Shown one piece after another: positions 1-8,584 of a DNA stretch of 64,000 bases. Origin of the DNA: an uncultured Chloroflexia bacterium (GTDB taxonomy: Bacteria > Chloroflexota > Anaerolineae > JAAYZQ01); assembly GCA_963701775.1 (NCBI GenBank), contig CAVPBH010000018.1, forward strand, positions 184,568 through 248,567, given 5' to 3'. Position 1 is the stretch's first letter; each line of letters begins with the position of its first letter. Below the pieces are notes generated by a model. That model saw only the letters and a list, made by a program, of their open reading frames with translations, was not told the origin of the DNA and did not search any database. A program made the translations under genes and the position numbers.

Positions 1-93
1 GACGACCGTCGCCTCCCAGCGGCTCCCGCAGCCCGTCAGGCAAACAAGAAGGGCGACGACCAGCACACTCAGCCTTCGCACCTTGCCAGGCAT
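1..93 (-). CDS. lipoprotein, N-terminal fragment (gene runs off window start)
   Basis: Reverse complement of 1-93 reads MPGKVRRLSVLVVALLVCLTGCGSRWEATVV, a classic signal peptide with an LTGC lipobox. The ATG at 93 is preceded by GGAGGAA 7 nt upstream. It sits immediately downstream of the cytochrome gene on the minus strand. Confidence 0.45.
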   Translation of the reverse strand, partial: MPGKVRRLSVLVVALLVCLTGCGSRWEATVV

Positions 94-96
94 CTG

Positions 97-1014
97 CTAT
101 TCCTCCGACACCAGCTCGATCACGCCGGCCATCCACTGCGCCCGGCCGCGGTTGGGGAGGACGAGGACGACCTGCTGGCCCATCTGGGCCAGCACGGCGC
201 CCCTGGCTTCGACTGCGGTCAGCGTGTGCTCCGCCCCAGAGGCGTCGCGTACCAGCAGGGTGTCGAAGCCGGGATCGGCCACAATACTCTCCAGGCCCGG
301 CCCCTCGATGCGCGAGGCAGTCTTGGCCTTCCGCACCTGACCGTCGACCTCGCTGTGCAGCATGACGTCAGTCTGCTCGATCGTCGCGCTGGTCGTCGGC
401 CCCAGCAGCAGCCGGCCGATCGAGGTGCGGTAGCCATCCAGAGTGAGCGGCCTGTCCGGGCCGACGACGATGATGCGCCACACTCCTTTCAGCCAGGTGG
501 AGACGTGCAGGTTCTCCGCGGCAAACCGCACGCCGTCCACGTGGGGCAACAGAAGCGCGTCGGCAGTCAGGTTGTCCCGCTCGACGGTGATCAAGCCCTC
601 GTCGCGAGAGGCGAGGGTTACGCTCTCGAACTCGGTCACGCCCTGCCCGGCCAGAAAGTCGAGCAGCGCCACGTGGGTGCCGGGCTGGTCGCGGTAGGGC
701 AGGATCTCATTCACGGGGATGTAACCCGGCTCGGGCACGTCACCCTGCAGCAGGATCAGGTCGTCGAAGGGCACGTTGGCCATCTCTGCCGAGCCGTGAT
801 CGTCGTGGCAGGTAGCGCACGTGTGGAACTTGTCCGGTTCGTGGCACTCGACGCAGTCGTTCATCGTCTCGGCCTCTTCGGCCAGCATCGCCCACGGGAA
901 GTTGAACACGGAGCGGGCCGGAGCTGCCACTCTTGCTCCCACCACCACCGCCACCGCCGCGCCACCCACCACCAGCGCCGCCAGGACTGCCAGTATCAAC
1001 CAGGTTCTCCTCAC
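97..1014 (-). CDS. membrane-anchored dihaem c-type cytochrome with two C-terminal ~85-aa beta-rich modules
   Basis: 305-aa ORF with an N-terminal TM helix (WLILAVLAALVVGGAAVAVVV). It has two CxxCH motifs (CVECH, CATCH) followed by two copies of a module also present in the next-but-one genes. The start is GTG with GGAGAGGAGG 7 nt upstream. Confidence 0.6.
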   Translation of the reverse strand: MRRTWLILAVLAALVVGGAAVAVVVGARVAAPARSVFNFPWAMLAEEAETMNDCVECHEPDKFHTCATCHDDHGSAEMANVPFDDLILLQGDVPEPGYIPVNEILPYRDQPGTHVALLDFLAGQGVTEFESVTLASRDEGLITVERDNLTADALLLPHVDGVRFAAENLHVSTWLKGVWRIIVVGPDRPLTLDGYRTSIGRLLLGPTTSATIEQTDVMLHSEVDGQVRKAKTASRIEGPGLESIVADPGFDTLLVRDASGAEHTLTAVEARGAVLAQMGQQVVLVLPNRGRAQWMAGVIELVSEE

Positions 1015-1033
1015 TAATCAGCCTCCTCTCCTC

Positions 1034-1825
1034 TCATCTTGCCCCCAGCCACACCAAACCAGCCACGATCGACAAGAGCAGTGTCCCCAAAGCAACTCCA
1101 TCCAGCCACGTGGCATGCACCTCGCGCAGGAATGTACGCGTCGCATGCTTGCCAAAGCAGCGGCCTTCCATCGACACGGCCAGCGCATCCACCTTGCCCA
1201 ACGCCGAGACCAGCAGCGGCAGGACGAACTGCCGGGCCAGGGTCAAGAACCGGCGCGGGCTCCGCACGTCATAGCGCACGCCGCGCGCCAGTTGGGCGTT
1301 GTAGACAATCTGGCCCTCCTGCTCAAAGGTCGGCACAAGCCGCAGCGCGGTGATGAGCGCGAATCCGTAGCGGTAGGGCATCCCGGCGCGCATGAGCGCG
1401 TAGGCCAGGTCGCTGGGCTCGGTGGTCAGCACAAACAGGTAGCTCAGCAGGATCACGCTGAGGAAGCGGCCGGCGACGTAGACGCCCGCCTCCACCCCAC
1501 CGGCGGTGACGGCCAGCGACCCCACCGTAGCCCATGTGGCCCCTTCGCGCACGAACAGAACCTGGAGCAATCCCAGCAGCAGCGCCGTGCTGACGAACAG
1601 GCGCGCGCCGCGAAGGCGGACCAGCCGCACGCCGGCTATCGGGAACCCAGCCAACAGCAGCATCACCGCCCCCGCCACCGCCCACGGGCTGCGCACCACA
1701 AAGACAAGGACCGTGCCCAGGATCAGCCAGGCCGCCTTGGTAAGCGGATGCAGGCGGTGGAGGAAGGAGTTGCCGGGATGGTAGGCGATGCGTGTGGCCT
1801 GCGGCCCGGTGCGTCTAGCAGACAT
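1034..1825 (-). CDS. ecfT: ECF transporter T component (EcfT/CbiQ family)
   Basis: Polytopic membrane protein with the LHRLHPLTK motif and a C-terminal ARGVRYD signature typical of CbiQ/EcfT. The ATG at 1825 has a GGAAAGAG RBS. The longer ORF-track start at 1900 is probably a spurious extension. Confidence 0.8.
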   Translation of the reverse strand: MSARRTGPQATRIAYHPGNSFLHRLHPLTKAAWLILGTVLVFVVRSPWAVAGAVMLLLAGFPIAGVRLVRLRGARLFVSTALLLGLLQVLFVREGATWATVGSLAVTAGGVEAGVYVAGRFLSVILLSYLFVLTTEPSDLAYALMRAGMPYRYGFALITALRLVPTFEQEGQIVYNAQLARGVRYDVRSPRRFLTLARQFVLPLLVSALGKVDALAVSMEGRCFGKHATRTFLREVHATWLDGVALGTLLLSIVAGLVWLGAR

Positions 1826-1938
1826 AGGCGCTCTTTCCGAGGGCTCGCAGCTGGTCGAACGCCTGGCCGGTGGGGGCGTCGATGGCAATCGTGCCTCCAT
1901 GGAAGAAGAGCAGGCGGCTGGCGTAGCGGCGCGTGACC

Positions 1939-3273
1939 TCAGGCGCGTGGTTGACCATGATCACCGCGCCGCCCCCGCGCAACGTGTTCCCCCAGCAGGC
2001 CGAGCAGGAAAGCAGCGTTGGCGGGGTCCTGGCCGATCAGCACCTCGTCAAGCAGGATCAGGCGCGGGGCGTAGCTCAGCACCGAGAGCAGGTTCAGGCG
2101 GCGCTTCTGGCCGTAGCTGAGGCGATAGGGATGGTCTCCGCGCCGGTCGCCCAGGCCACAGCGGATCAGCAGCTCCCCGACGCGGTCCTGCGTCGCTGCG
2201 GTCAGCTTGCCGAAGTTGCGGGCGGCAAAGGTTGCCTCCTCCCACACGCTGTCGGCGAAAAGCTGGTGATCCGGGTTCTGGAAGACATAGCCCACCTGCC
2301 CGGCCATCTCCGAAACGGGCGTCTGCCGGGTGTCGTGGCCCATCACCTCGACCCGGCCCCCGCTGGGCCGGCGCAGCCCCAGCAAGCAATGCAGGAAGGT
2401 GGTCTTGCCCGAGCCGTTGTCGCCCATGATCGCCACGAACTCGCCGGGCTGCACCTCCAGCGAGAGCCCGTGCAGGACAGGGCGGCCGTTGTAGCCGGCG
2501 TCCAGGTCCTCGACCTGGACGAGGGAGGAAACGCGCGAAGGGACAAAGGGCGAACCGGCACGGGGGCCCTGCTCCTGCTCCCTGTCGCTTGGCGGCATAG
2601 CGCCATCGCGGACGATCCGGCCGTCCTCCATCTCGACCAGGCGCGGGTGGAAGCGCCGCAGGTAGTCCACCTTGTGCTCGATGACAATGACCGTGATGCC
2701 TGCTTTCTCCCGGATATGTTCGATGACGCCGAACACCTCGGCCGTGGCCGTGGGGTCCAGGTTCGAGGTCGGCTCGTCGAAAATGAGCACCTGGGGCTTG
2801 GCTGCCATCATCGCTGCGATGGCGACCTTTTGCTTTTCCCCGCCGGAGAGGGTGGCCAGTGCCCGGTCCTGCAGATGCTCCGCGCCGACGATGCCCAGCG
2901 CCCAGCTCATCCGCGCGCGGATCTCGTCGCGGGGCAGGCAGCGGTTTTCCAGGCCAAAGGCGACCTCGTCGCCCACGGTCAGGGTGCAGAACTGGGCCTC
3001 GGGGTTCTGCTGCACCAGGCCGACGATCTCGGCGGCGTCGTAGATGGGGCTGTTGCGCACATCGATCCCGCCGACGGTGACGCATCCCTCGGCCTGACCG
3101 TCGAACTGCCGGAAGAGATATCCGCCGATGGCCAGCGCCAGCGTGCTCTTGCCACAGCCCGACGGCCCGGTGACGACCAGGAACTCACCCGGCTCGACTT
3201 TCAGAGCCAGGTCGCGCAAGGCATACGTCTCGCTTCCCCGGAAGCGGAAGCTCAGCCCTTCGACGGAAATCAT
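1939..3273 (-). CDS. ecfA: ECF transporter ATPase, fused duplicated EcfA1-EcfA2
   Basis: 444 aa with two ABC ATPase domains. The Walker A motifs are GPSGCGKST and GDNGSGKTT, with LSGGEKQ and LSYGQKRR signatures and Walker B DEPTS/LLDEV. The stop overlaps the start of the next gene. Confidence 0.85.
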   Translation of the reverse strand: MISVEGLSFRFRGSETYALRDLALKVEPGEFLVVTGPSGCGKSTLALAIGGYLFRQFDGQAEGCVTVGGIDVRNSPIYDAAEIVGLVQQNPEAQFCTLTVGDEVAFGLENRCLPRDEIRARMSWALGIVGAEHLQDRALATLSGGEKQKVAIAAMMAAKPQVLIFDEPTSNLDPTATAEVFGVIEHIREKAGITVIVIEHKVDYLRRFHPRLVEMEDGRIVRDGAMPPSDREQEQGPRAGSPFVPSRVSSLVQVEDLDAGYNGRPVLHGLSLEVQPGEFVAIMGDNGSGKTTFLHCLLGLRRPSGGRVEVMGHDTRQTPVSEMAGQVGYVFQNPDHQLFADSVWEEATFAARNFGKLTAATQDRVGELLIRCGLGDRRGDHPYRLSYGQKRRLNLLSVLSYAPRLILLDEVLIGQDPANAAFLLGLLGEHVARGRRGDHGQPRA

Positions 3274-4682
3274 CGGACCTCGATGCGCTCTACCCGGGCG
3301 GCCAAGACCTCGCCGTCCATGCGGGCCAGGGCAAAGGTCACGTCGGCCTCGCCGATCACGGTGAACAAGCGCAGCTCGTCATCAGCCAACACTTCGCTCA
3401 GCGGCAGCGAGAGGAGTCCGGTACTTGTGTAAACCAAGACCGTCTCAGCCGTGCCCCGAGGTTCCATCGCCGCCAACACCTTGCCCAGGGGCACGCCCTG
3501 CAGTTTGCGCGGACCGTCGCCCATGTCGAGGCGGGTGCTGTCCATGTCGAACTGCCAGTCGTCGGGATCGTAGGGTGAAGGCGCATCCAAGGCGCCGCTC
3601 ACCTCCAATGTTGAGGCGCCGACCACGACCAATTCCTGCACACCGCGTACCCAAGCTTTGCTGTTCAGCGCGCCGACGACGTTGTACGAGGCGTCGTCGC
3701 CCTCGCCTTGGGGCGAAAGCAGCAACGCCTCGTTGTCGCGCACTTCATCGAGGCCGATGAAAAAGGCGTAGCCATCGGTGGCGTGCACCAACAGCAGCGT
3801 GGCTGCGGGCTGAGGCTGGGCAGCGGCGAGAAGCTCGCGGACAGGCACACCCTTGTACTGGCCGGTCACCTCGCGCAGCGTGCCTTCCGCCGTGGTCGTG
3901 CCCAGGTCACCGTGCTCGGTAGGATAGTCGTAGGGCGTGGCCACGGCCCCGCCAATGTGGACCGTCGCCGGGCCGCGAAGCGCGCCGCGCAGGTACACCG
4001 CCAGCACCACGGTGAGCAGGCCTGCGACGACTAGGAAGATCGGGTAGGCGCGGCGGTTCATCGGTACTGGCGCCGCATCCTTGACCACGCCGGCGCGGCG
4101 CAGGGCGCTGAGCAGCCCCCGGCTCAGCACCCCGGCAAAGAGCACGCCGGAGAGCAAGGCCACGCCCGCCACCAGCAGCATCGCCCAATAGGCCAGCGTG
4201 TCGGCCGGCACCGAGGCAAACAGCTGAAAGACGAACACATTGGAGGCCGCGGCCAATCCCCCGGCCAGGCAGTAGGCGACCAGCGAGTCCTTGTGGCGGA
4301 AGGGAAAAAAGCCGAGGTCGACCAGCATCCCGGCGACGATGTCCACCAGCACCACCAACAGGCCGTGGGTATTGCCGGTCAGCAGCTCGACGCCACCCTT
4401 GAGCAGGCCGGTGATCGTGCCTGCGCCCTGTTTGCGGGTCAGACCCACGGCCAGGGTCAGCCACAGCACATGCAGTCCGGCCGCCCACTGCGTCGTGCCC
4501 GCGAAACCGAAAACCGACTGGAATACGTCGCCGACGGCGTTGACATAGGTGCTCACCACGCCGCCGAGCGCGGCCAGGGCAGCCATCATCAACAGGTCAC
4601 GGGTGGAGTAATAGGTACGTCGCTGAATCACTTGTACCCCCCGGCGGGCTTGGGCGTGGATCAGGCCATGCTCCACGCCCAA
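3270..4682 (-). CDS. ECF S-component-like membrane protein fused to two extracytoplasmic beta-rich modules
   Basis: The N-terminal ~170 aa has 5-6 TM helices and resembles ECF S components (TTQWAAGLHVLWLTLAVGLT...). The C-terminal ~280 aa holds two copies of the module seen in the 97-1014 and 4764-6446 proteins. The likely true start is the internal Met at ~4589. Confidence 0.55.
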   Translation of the reverse strand: MGVEHGLIHAQARRGVQVIQRRTYYSTRDLLMMAALAALGGVVSTYVNAVGDVFQSVFGFAGTTQWAAGLHVLWLTLAVGLTRKQGAGTITGLLKGGVELLTGNTHGLLVVLVDIVAGMLVDLGFFPFRHKDSLVAYCLAGGLAAASNVFVFQLFASVPADTLAYWAMLLVAGVALLSGVLFAGVLSRGLLSALRRAGVVKDAAPVPMNRRAYPIFLVVAGLLTVVLAVYLRGALRGPATVHIGGAVATPYDYPTEHGDLGTTTAEGTLREVTGQYKGVPVRELLAAAQPQPAATLLLVHATDGYAFFIGLDEVRDNEALLLSPQGEGDDASYNVVGALNSKAWVRGVQELVVVGASTLEVSGALDAPSPYDPDDWQFDMDSTRLDMGDGPRKLQGVPLGKVLAAMEPRGTAETVLVYTSTGLLSLPLSEVLADDELRLFTVIGEADVTFALARMDGEVLAARVERIEVR

Positions 4683-4763
4683 GCCTTCTGCGCCGCAGCC
4701 CGGGAGCTCGCCGGCCTCGATCCCGGCGATCGGGCCAGCCGGCGCTTCCTTGGTTGCGAGTCG

Positions 4764-6446
4764 CTACTTGACCTGGATCTCGACTACACCCTTCACCTGC
4801 ACGCTGCCGGCGAAGCCGGGCAGGACGGTGCTGAAGCCGCCCTTGCTGCGGAACGAGACGATGCAGTCGGCACATGCCAGTACGTCCGCCAGCGGGACCT
4901 CGGCCGTATAGCCGTCGTCGGCGACAAAGACCAGCGTCGTGGCATCGGCGGCGGGCGCGGCCATCTCCAGCAGCTTACTCATGGAGACGCCGGTGTAGGT
5001 CTCGGTCTCGCCCGACTTGTTGGTCGACTGCGCTTCCATGGTCTCCATGGCCAGCACATCCGCCTCGAGCCAGCCGATCTCCTGGCCCACCTTGCCCGTG
5101 ATCTTGAGCGCGGCGCCCTCGGGGATGCCCCCGGCGGGCGCCTCGGCGGGGGTGCCGCCGGAGATCTGGAGCTCGACGAGGCCCTTGACCTGGAGCTTGC
5201 CGCCCTGGCTCGGCAGGACAGAGCGAAGGCCGCCCTCGGGATCGAAGGCGACGATGCAGTCGGCGCAGGCTGCTACGTCGGCCACGGGAATCTCGGCGGT
5301 GAAACCGTCACTCGCCACCAGGACGAGGGTGGCGTCCGCGGGAGTGTTGGCCGCCTCGAGCAGGATGCTCATGAGCACGCCGGTGTAGGTGGTCGTCGTG
5401 CCGTCCTTGCCGGTGTAGGGCACGTCGATCGTGCCGAGGGCCTTCAGCTCCTCCTCGGTCCAGGACAGCTCCTGCGCAGGTCCGGTGAGCTTGAGCACGG
5501 GCGCAGCGGGTGCCGGGGTGGTGCTGGCCGGTGCGCCGGGGTAGAAGAGGGACTGGCCGAATTCGTCGACGCCAAAGTCGCCGATCATGGCCTGCACATC
5601 GTCCGACAGGATCCACTCGACAAACTGCATAGCGAGATCATACTCGACGCCCGGGTGCGTGTCTGGGTTGACGGCCATGACGCCGTAGGGGTTCAGGAGC
5701 TTCTTGTCGGGGTTCTCGGTCAGGGTCGCGCCGCCGACCACGATGGTCAGGTCGGGCAGCTTGTCCTCCATCGCCAGCCAGGTTCCGCGGTCGCTGAGCG
5801 TGTAGGCCAGGCTCTCCTGCGAGAAGAGGAGCGTGTCTCCCATGCCTTGGCCGAGCGACTTGTACCAGGCCATCTCTGCCGTGGGGGTGATCGCCGCCGA
5901 GGCCCACAGGGAGATCTCCTTGTTGTTGGTGCCCGACTTGTCGCCACGGCTGGCAAAGGTCGCCTCGGCCGCCGCGATGGCCGTCAGGGCGTCCACCGAG
6001 CTGGTCATCCCGGCTACCGCGGCCGGGTCAGCCGTGGGGCCAACGAGGACAAAGTCGTTATACATGACGTCAAAACGCTCCTTGGCGTTGCCGTCGGCGA
6101 CGAACTTGTCCTCCGATTTGCGGCTGTGGACGAGCAGCACGTCGGCGTCGCCATTGGCGCCCATCTCTAGCGCCTGGCCGGTGCCCACGGCGATGTAGTC
6201 CAAGTTGCAGTCGCAGACCTCCTCAAACTGAGGCACGAGGTAGTCCAGCAGGCCGGTATCGGCCGTGCTGGTGGTGGTCGCCAGGATGAGATCGGCTTCC
6301 TCGGCTGTCGTTGGCTCGGCAGTCGGCTCGGCGACAACCGCCGTCGGCTCGATCACTTCTGGCTCCTCTGTGGCGGCCCCGCAGCCGGCAATCAGGCCGG
6401 CGAACAGGGCCAGGACGATACACAACGCAAACAGTTTCTTGGACAT
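4764..6446 (-). CDS. tupA: TupA-type tungstate/molybdate ABC substrate-binding lipoprotein with two extra C-terminal modules
   Basis: Signal peptide plus lipobox (LIAGC). The PBP-like domain carries the TupA-characteristic ATTTSTADTGLLD motif. Two tandem ~110-aa modules follow, also visible as a ~370-bp direct repeat at the DNA level. AGGAGGAAG RBS. Confidence 0.75.
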   Translation of the reverse strand: MSKKLFALCIVLALFAGLIAGCGAATEEPEVIEPTAVVAEPTAEPTTAEEADLILATTTSTADTGLLDYLVPQFEEVCDCNLDYIAVGTGQALEMGANGDADVLLVHSRKSEDKFVADGNAKERFDVMYNDFVLVGPTADPAAVAGMTSSVDALTAIAAAEATFASRGDKSGTNNKEISLWASAAITPTAEMAWYKSLGQGMGDTLLFSQESLAYTLSDRGTWLAMEDKLPDLTIVVGGATLTENPDKKLLNPYGVMAVNPDTHPGVEYDLAMQFVEWILSDDVQAMIGDFGVDEFGQSLFYPGAPASTTPAPAAPVLKLTGPAQELSWTEEELKALGTIDVPYTGKDGTTTTYTGVLMSILLEAANTPADATLVLVASDGFTAEIPVADVAACADCIVAFDPEGGLRSVLPSQGGKLQVKGLVELQISGGTPAEAPAGGIPEGAALKITGKVGQEIGWLEADVLAMETMEAQSTNKSGETETYTGVSMSKLLEMAAPAADATTLVFVADDGYTAEVPLADVLACADCIVSFRSKGGFSTVLPGFAGSVQVKGVVEIQVK

Positions 6447-6488
6447 TTCTTCCTCCTATTGGTTGGACATCTTCCGGATTCGGTCCGG

Positions 6489-7226
6489 CTAATACACCAT
6501 CTCTCCACGTACAAAGGCGGCCGTGCGCGGATCGCGCGGCGAATCGAAGAAGGTCTGGACATCCTCCGCCTCGGCGACCTGGCCGTCGAGCATGAGCACG
6601 ACGCGGTGGGCCAGGCGCCGCGCCTGGAAGACGTTGTGGGTGACCATGACCATGGTCGTGCCCTGCTCGGTGTTGAGCGTCCGCACGATATCCTCGATCA
6701 GCCCCACGTTGTAGGGGTCGAGGTTCGCCGTGGGCTCGTCCAGCAGGAGGACGTCCGGCCGCAGGACCATCGCCCGCGCCAGCGCGACGCGCTGCGCCTC
6801 GCCCCCGGAGAGGGTGCGCGCCCGCTGGCCGGGGATGCCGCCGAGGCCGACCTTTTCCAGCGTGGCCTGGACCAGGGCGCGGGTCTCGGCCCTGCGCTCG
6901 CCGCGCAACTGCAGCCCGTAGAGCACGTTGGCCCAGACGCTGCGGTTCAGAAGCAGTGGTCGCTGGAAGACCATTGTCACGCGCCGGCGCTCGGCGACCG
7001 GCGCCCCCTGGCCCGGGCCATACGCGCGGCCGAGAAAGCGGATGGTGCCGGACGAGGGCGATTCGAGGAAGTTGAGGAGACGCAGGAGAGTGGACTTGCC
7101 CGCGCCGCTGGGGCCGACCAGGCCGAGGATCTCGCCGCGCCGCACCTCCAGGGCGTCCACCCGCAGGACAGCCCGGCTGCCGTATGTCTTGGTCACTTGC
7201 TGCAGCTCGTAGACCGCATCGCTCAT
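6489..7226 (-). CDS. tupC: ABC transporter ATP-binding protein (TupC-like)
   Basis: Walker A GPSGAGKST, signature LSGGEAQR and Walker B LLLDEPT. Its position in the operon matches TupC. Confidence 0.8.
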   Translation of the reverse strand: MSDAVYELQQVTKTYGSRAVLRVDALEVRRGEILGLVGPSGAGKSTLLRLLNFLESPSSGTIRFLGRAYGPGQGAPVAERRRVTMVFQRPLLLNRSVWANVLYGLQLRGERRAETRALVQATLEKVGLGGIPGQRARTLSGGEAQRVALARAMVLRPDVLLLDEPTANLDPYNVGLIEDIVRTLNTEQGTTMVMVTHNVFQARRLAHRVVLMLDGQVAEAEDVQTFFDSPRDPRTAAFVRGEMVY

Positions 7227-7936
7227 TCGTCGAAGGTCCTTCCCTGCAGCCGCAGCATGATCACGTTGGTCAGGAACGAGATGGAGAGCAGGATGGCACC
7301 GAGAGCGATGGCCAAGTCAAACTCGCCCTGGCGCGTGCCGAGGACGATGGCGGTGGTGAGAACTCGGGTCGAGTGCTGGATGTTGCCGCCGACGAGCATC
7401 ACGGCACCGACTTCGGAGATGATGCTGCCAAAGCCGGCGATGATCGACACGATCACCCCGATGCGCGCTTCGGAGAGGATAGCCGCGGCCACCTGCCAGC
7501 GCGTCGCACCGAGAGCTTGCACCTGCTGGCGGAGAGCCGGATCGACGCCCATGACGGCGGCCATGGTGAAGCCGGCGACCAGCGGGAAGGCGATGATCGT
7601 CTGGGCAAAGATCATGGCCCCGGGCGTAAAGAGGTTGGGAATCCACGACCACCCCAGGCTGCCCAGCGGCCCGCTGCGGGAGAGGAGGAGGTAGACGAAG
7701 AGGCCGACCACGACCGGCGGGAAGCCCATGCCGGTGTAGAGGAGGGCGATGACGAGCCGCCGGCCCATGAAGCGGCTCAGCCCCATGATGACGCCCAGCG
7801 GGATGCCAATGACCGTGCTGAAGAGCAGCGCGATGCCCGACACGCGAAGGGACATCACGACGATCTCCAGCAGGTCCGGGTCCAGGTGGGCGATCAGGCG
7901 GATGGCCTCGACGAGGCCCTTCCAGATTTCCTCTAT
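7223..7936 (-). CDS. tupB: ABC transporter permease (TupB-like, ModB family)
   Basis: Binding-protein-dependent permease with EAA-like loop and GATRWQV. Conserved N-terminal sequence extends upstream of the first ATG at 7858. An AGGAG RBS precedes an in-frame ATA at 7936, with no ATG, GTG or TTG available there. The start is uncertain: 7858 or 7861 if a canonical start codon is required. Confidence 0.7.
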   Translation of the reverse strand: MEEIWKGLVEAIRLIAHLDPDLLEIVVMSLRVSGIALLFSTVIGIPLGVIMGLSRFMGRRLVIALLYTGMGFPPVVVGLFVYLLLSRSGPLGSLGWSWIPNLFTPGAMIFAQTIIAFPLVAGFTMAAVMGVDPALRQQVQALGATRWQVAAAILSEARIGVIVSIIAGFGSIISEVGAVMLVGGNIQHSTRVLTTAIVLGTRQGEFDLAIALGAILLSISFLTNVIMLRLQGRTFDE

Positions 7937-8432
7937 GGTGGTCTCCTACCCAGTCAAGCTCTTCCGTGTGCCGATCGGGCGTGTTCCATCTTCCAGGCAA
8001 CAAAAAAGCGCCTCGAAAGCGAGGCGCTGTGGCTGCCGGGATAGGCACGGATCTCCAGAAGAGTCCGTGCCTGCGGCACATGTCAGCGCATCTCCTTTCC
8101 AAGGATGGGAGGCGTGGCCGTTTCCAGCCAGGCCCTACCGGCCTCGCTCCATAGGATCCCCCGGGTCCTTCCCTGGTCCCGGAAGGAGCGCCCGTAGGCA
8201 ACGAGGCTCGGAGATGCTGCGATTTGGTTGTTCAGGAACTGTGAAAAATGTAACACGCCAGAGCGGGGATGTCAAGCGCGGCGCGGCGATTGGAGCGTGG
8301 GCCGGCTGGCACTGTGCGCACAGGTACTATGGCTGAGGATCGCTTTTTTTGGGGGAAACAATTACCGATTGAGTCACTGTGGGGATGGAGGGGATATGGA
8401 CACGGGCGATTGAATCACTGTTGATGTCTCCT

Positions 8433-8461
8433 TTGGTTTTCCGCCGGATGCAGGGTACAAT
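8433..8461 (+). promoter_or_regulatory. sigma70-like promoter TTGGTT-17-TACAAT upstream of moaA
   Basis: The hexamers and 17-nt spacing are read directly from the sequence. The predicted transcription start leaves a leader of about 115 nt before the moaA ATG. Confidence 0.4.
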
Positions 8462-8584
8462 ACGATGCTGGTTGGTGACGATAGATGCGAGATCAGGGCG
8501 CTTTCGGTGTGGGACTCGAACCGCCGTGCTATGCCGCGCAGGCACAGGCCTGGCGGGCAATGCCCCCAGGAAGAGCAGGGTTGA

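Noticed and set aside
226-1017. 263-aa plus-strand ORF overlapping the cytochrome gene
   Set aside because: It is antisense to a well-supported gene. The composition is Arg/Gly/Pro-rich and low-complexity, typical of spurious ORFs in high-GC DNA.
2048-3085. 345-aa minus-strand ORF inside the ECF ATPase gene
   Set aside because: It is an alternative frame of the real ATPase gene, and the translation is Arg/Pro/Gly-rich junk.
4293-6170. 625-aa plus-strand ORF across the S-like and TupA genes
   Set aside because: Antisense to two coherent genes, with no motifs and low-complexity composition.
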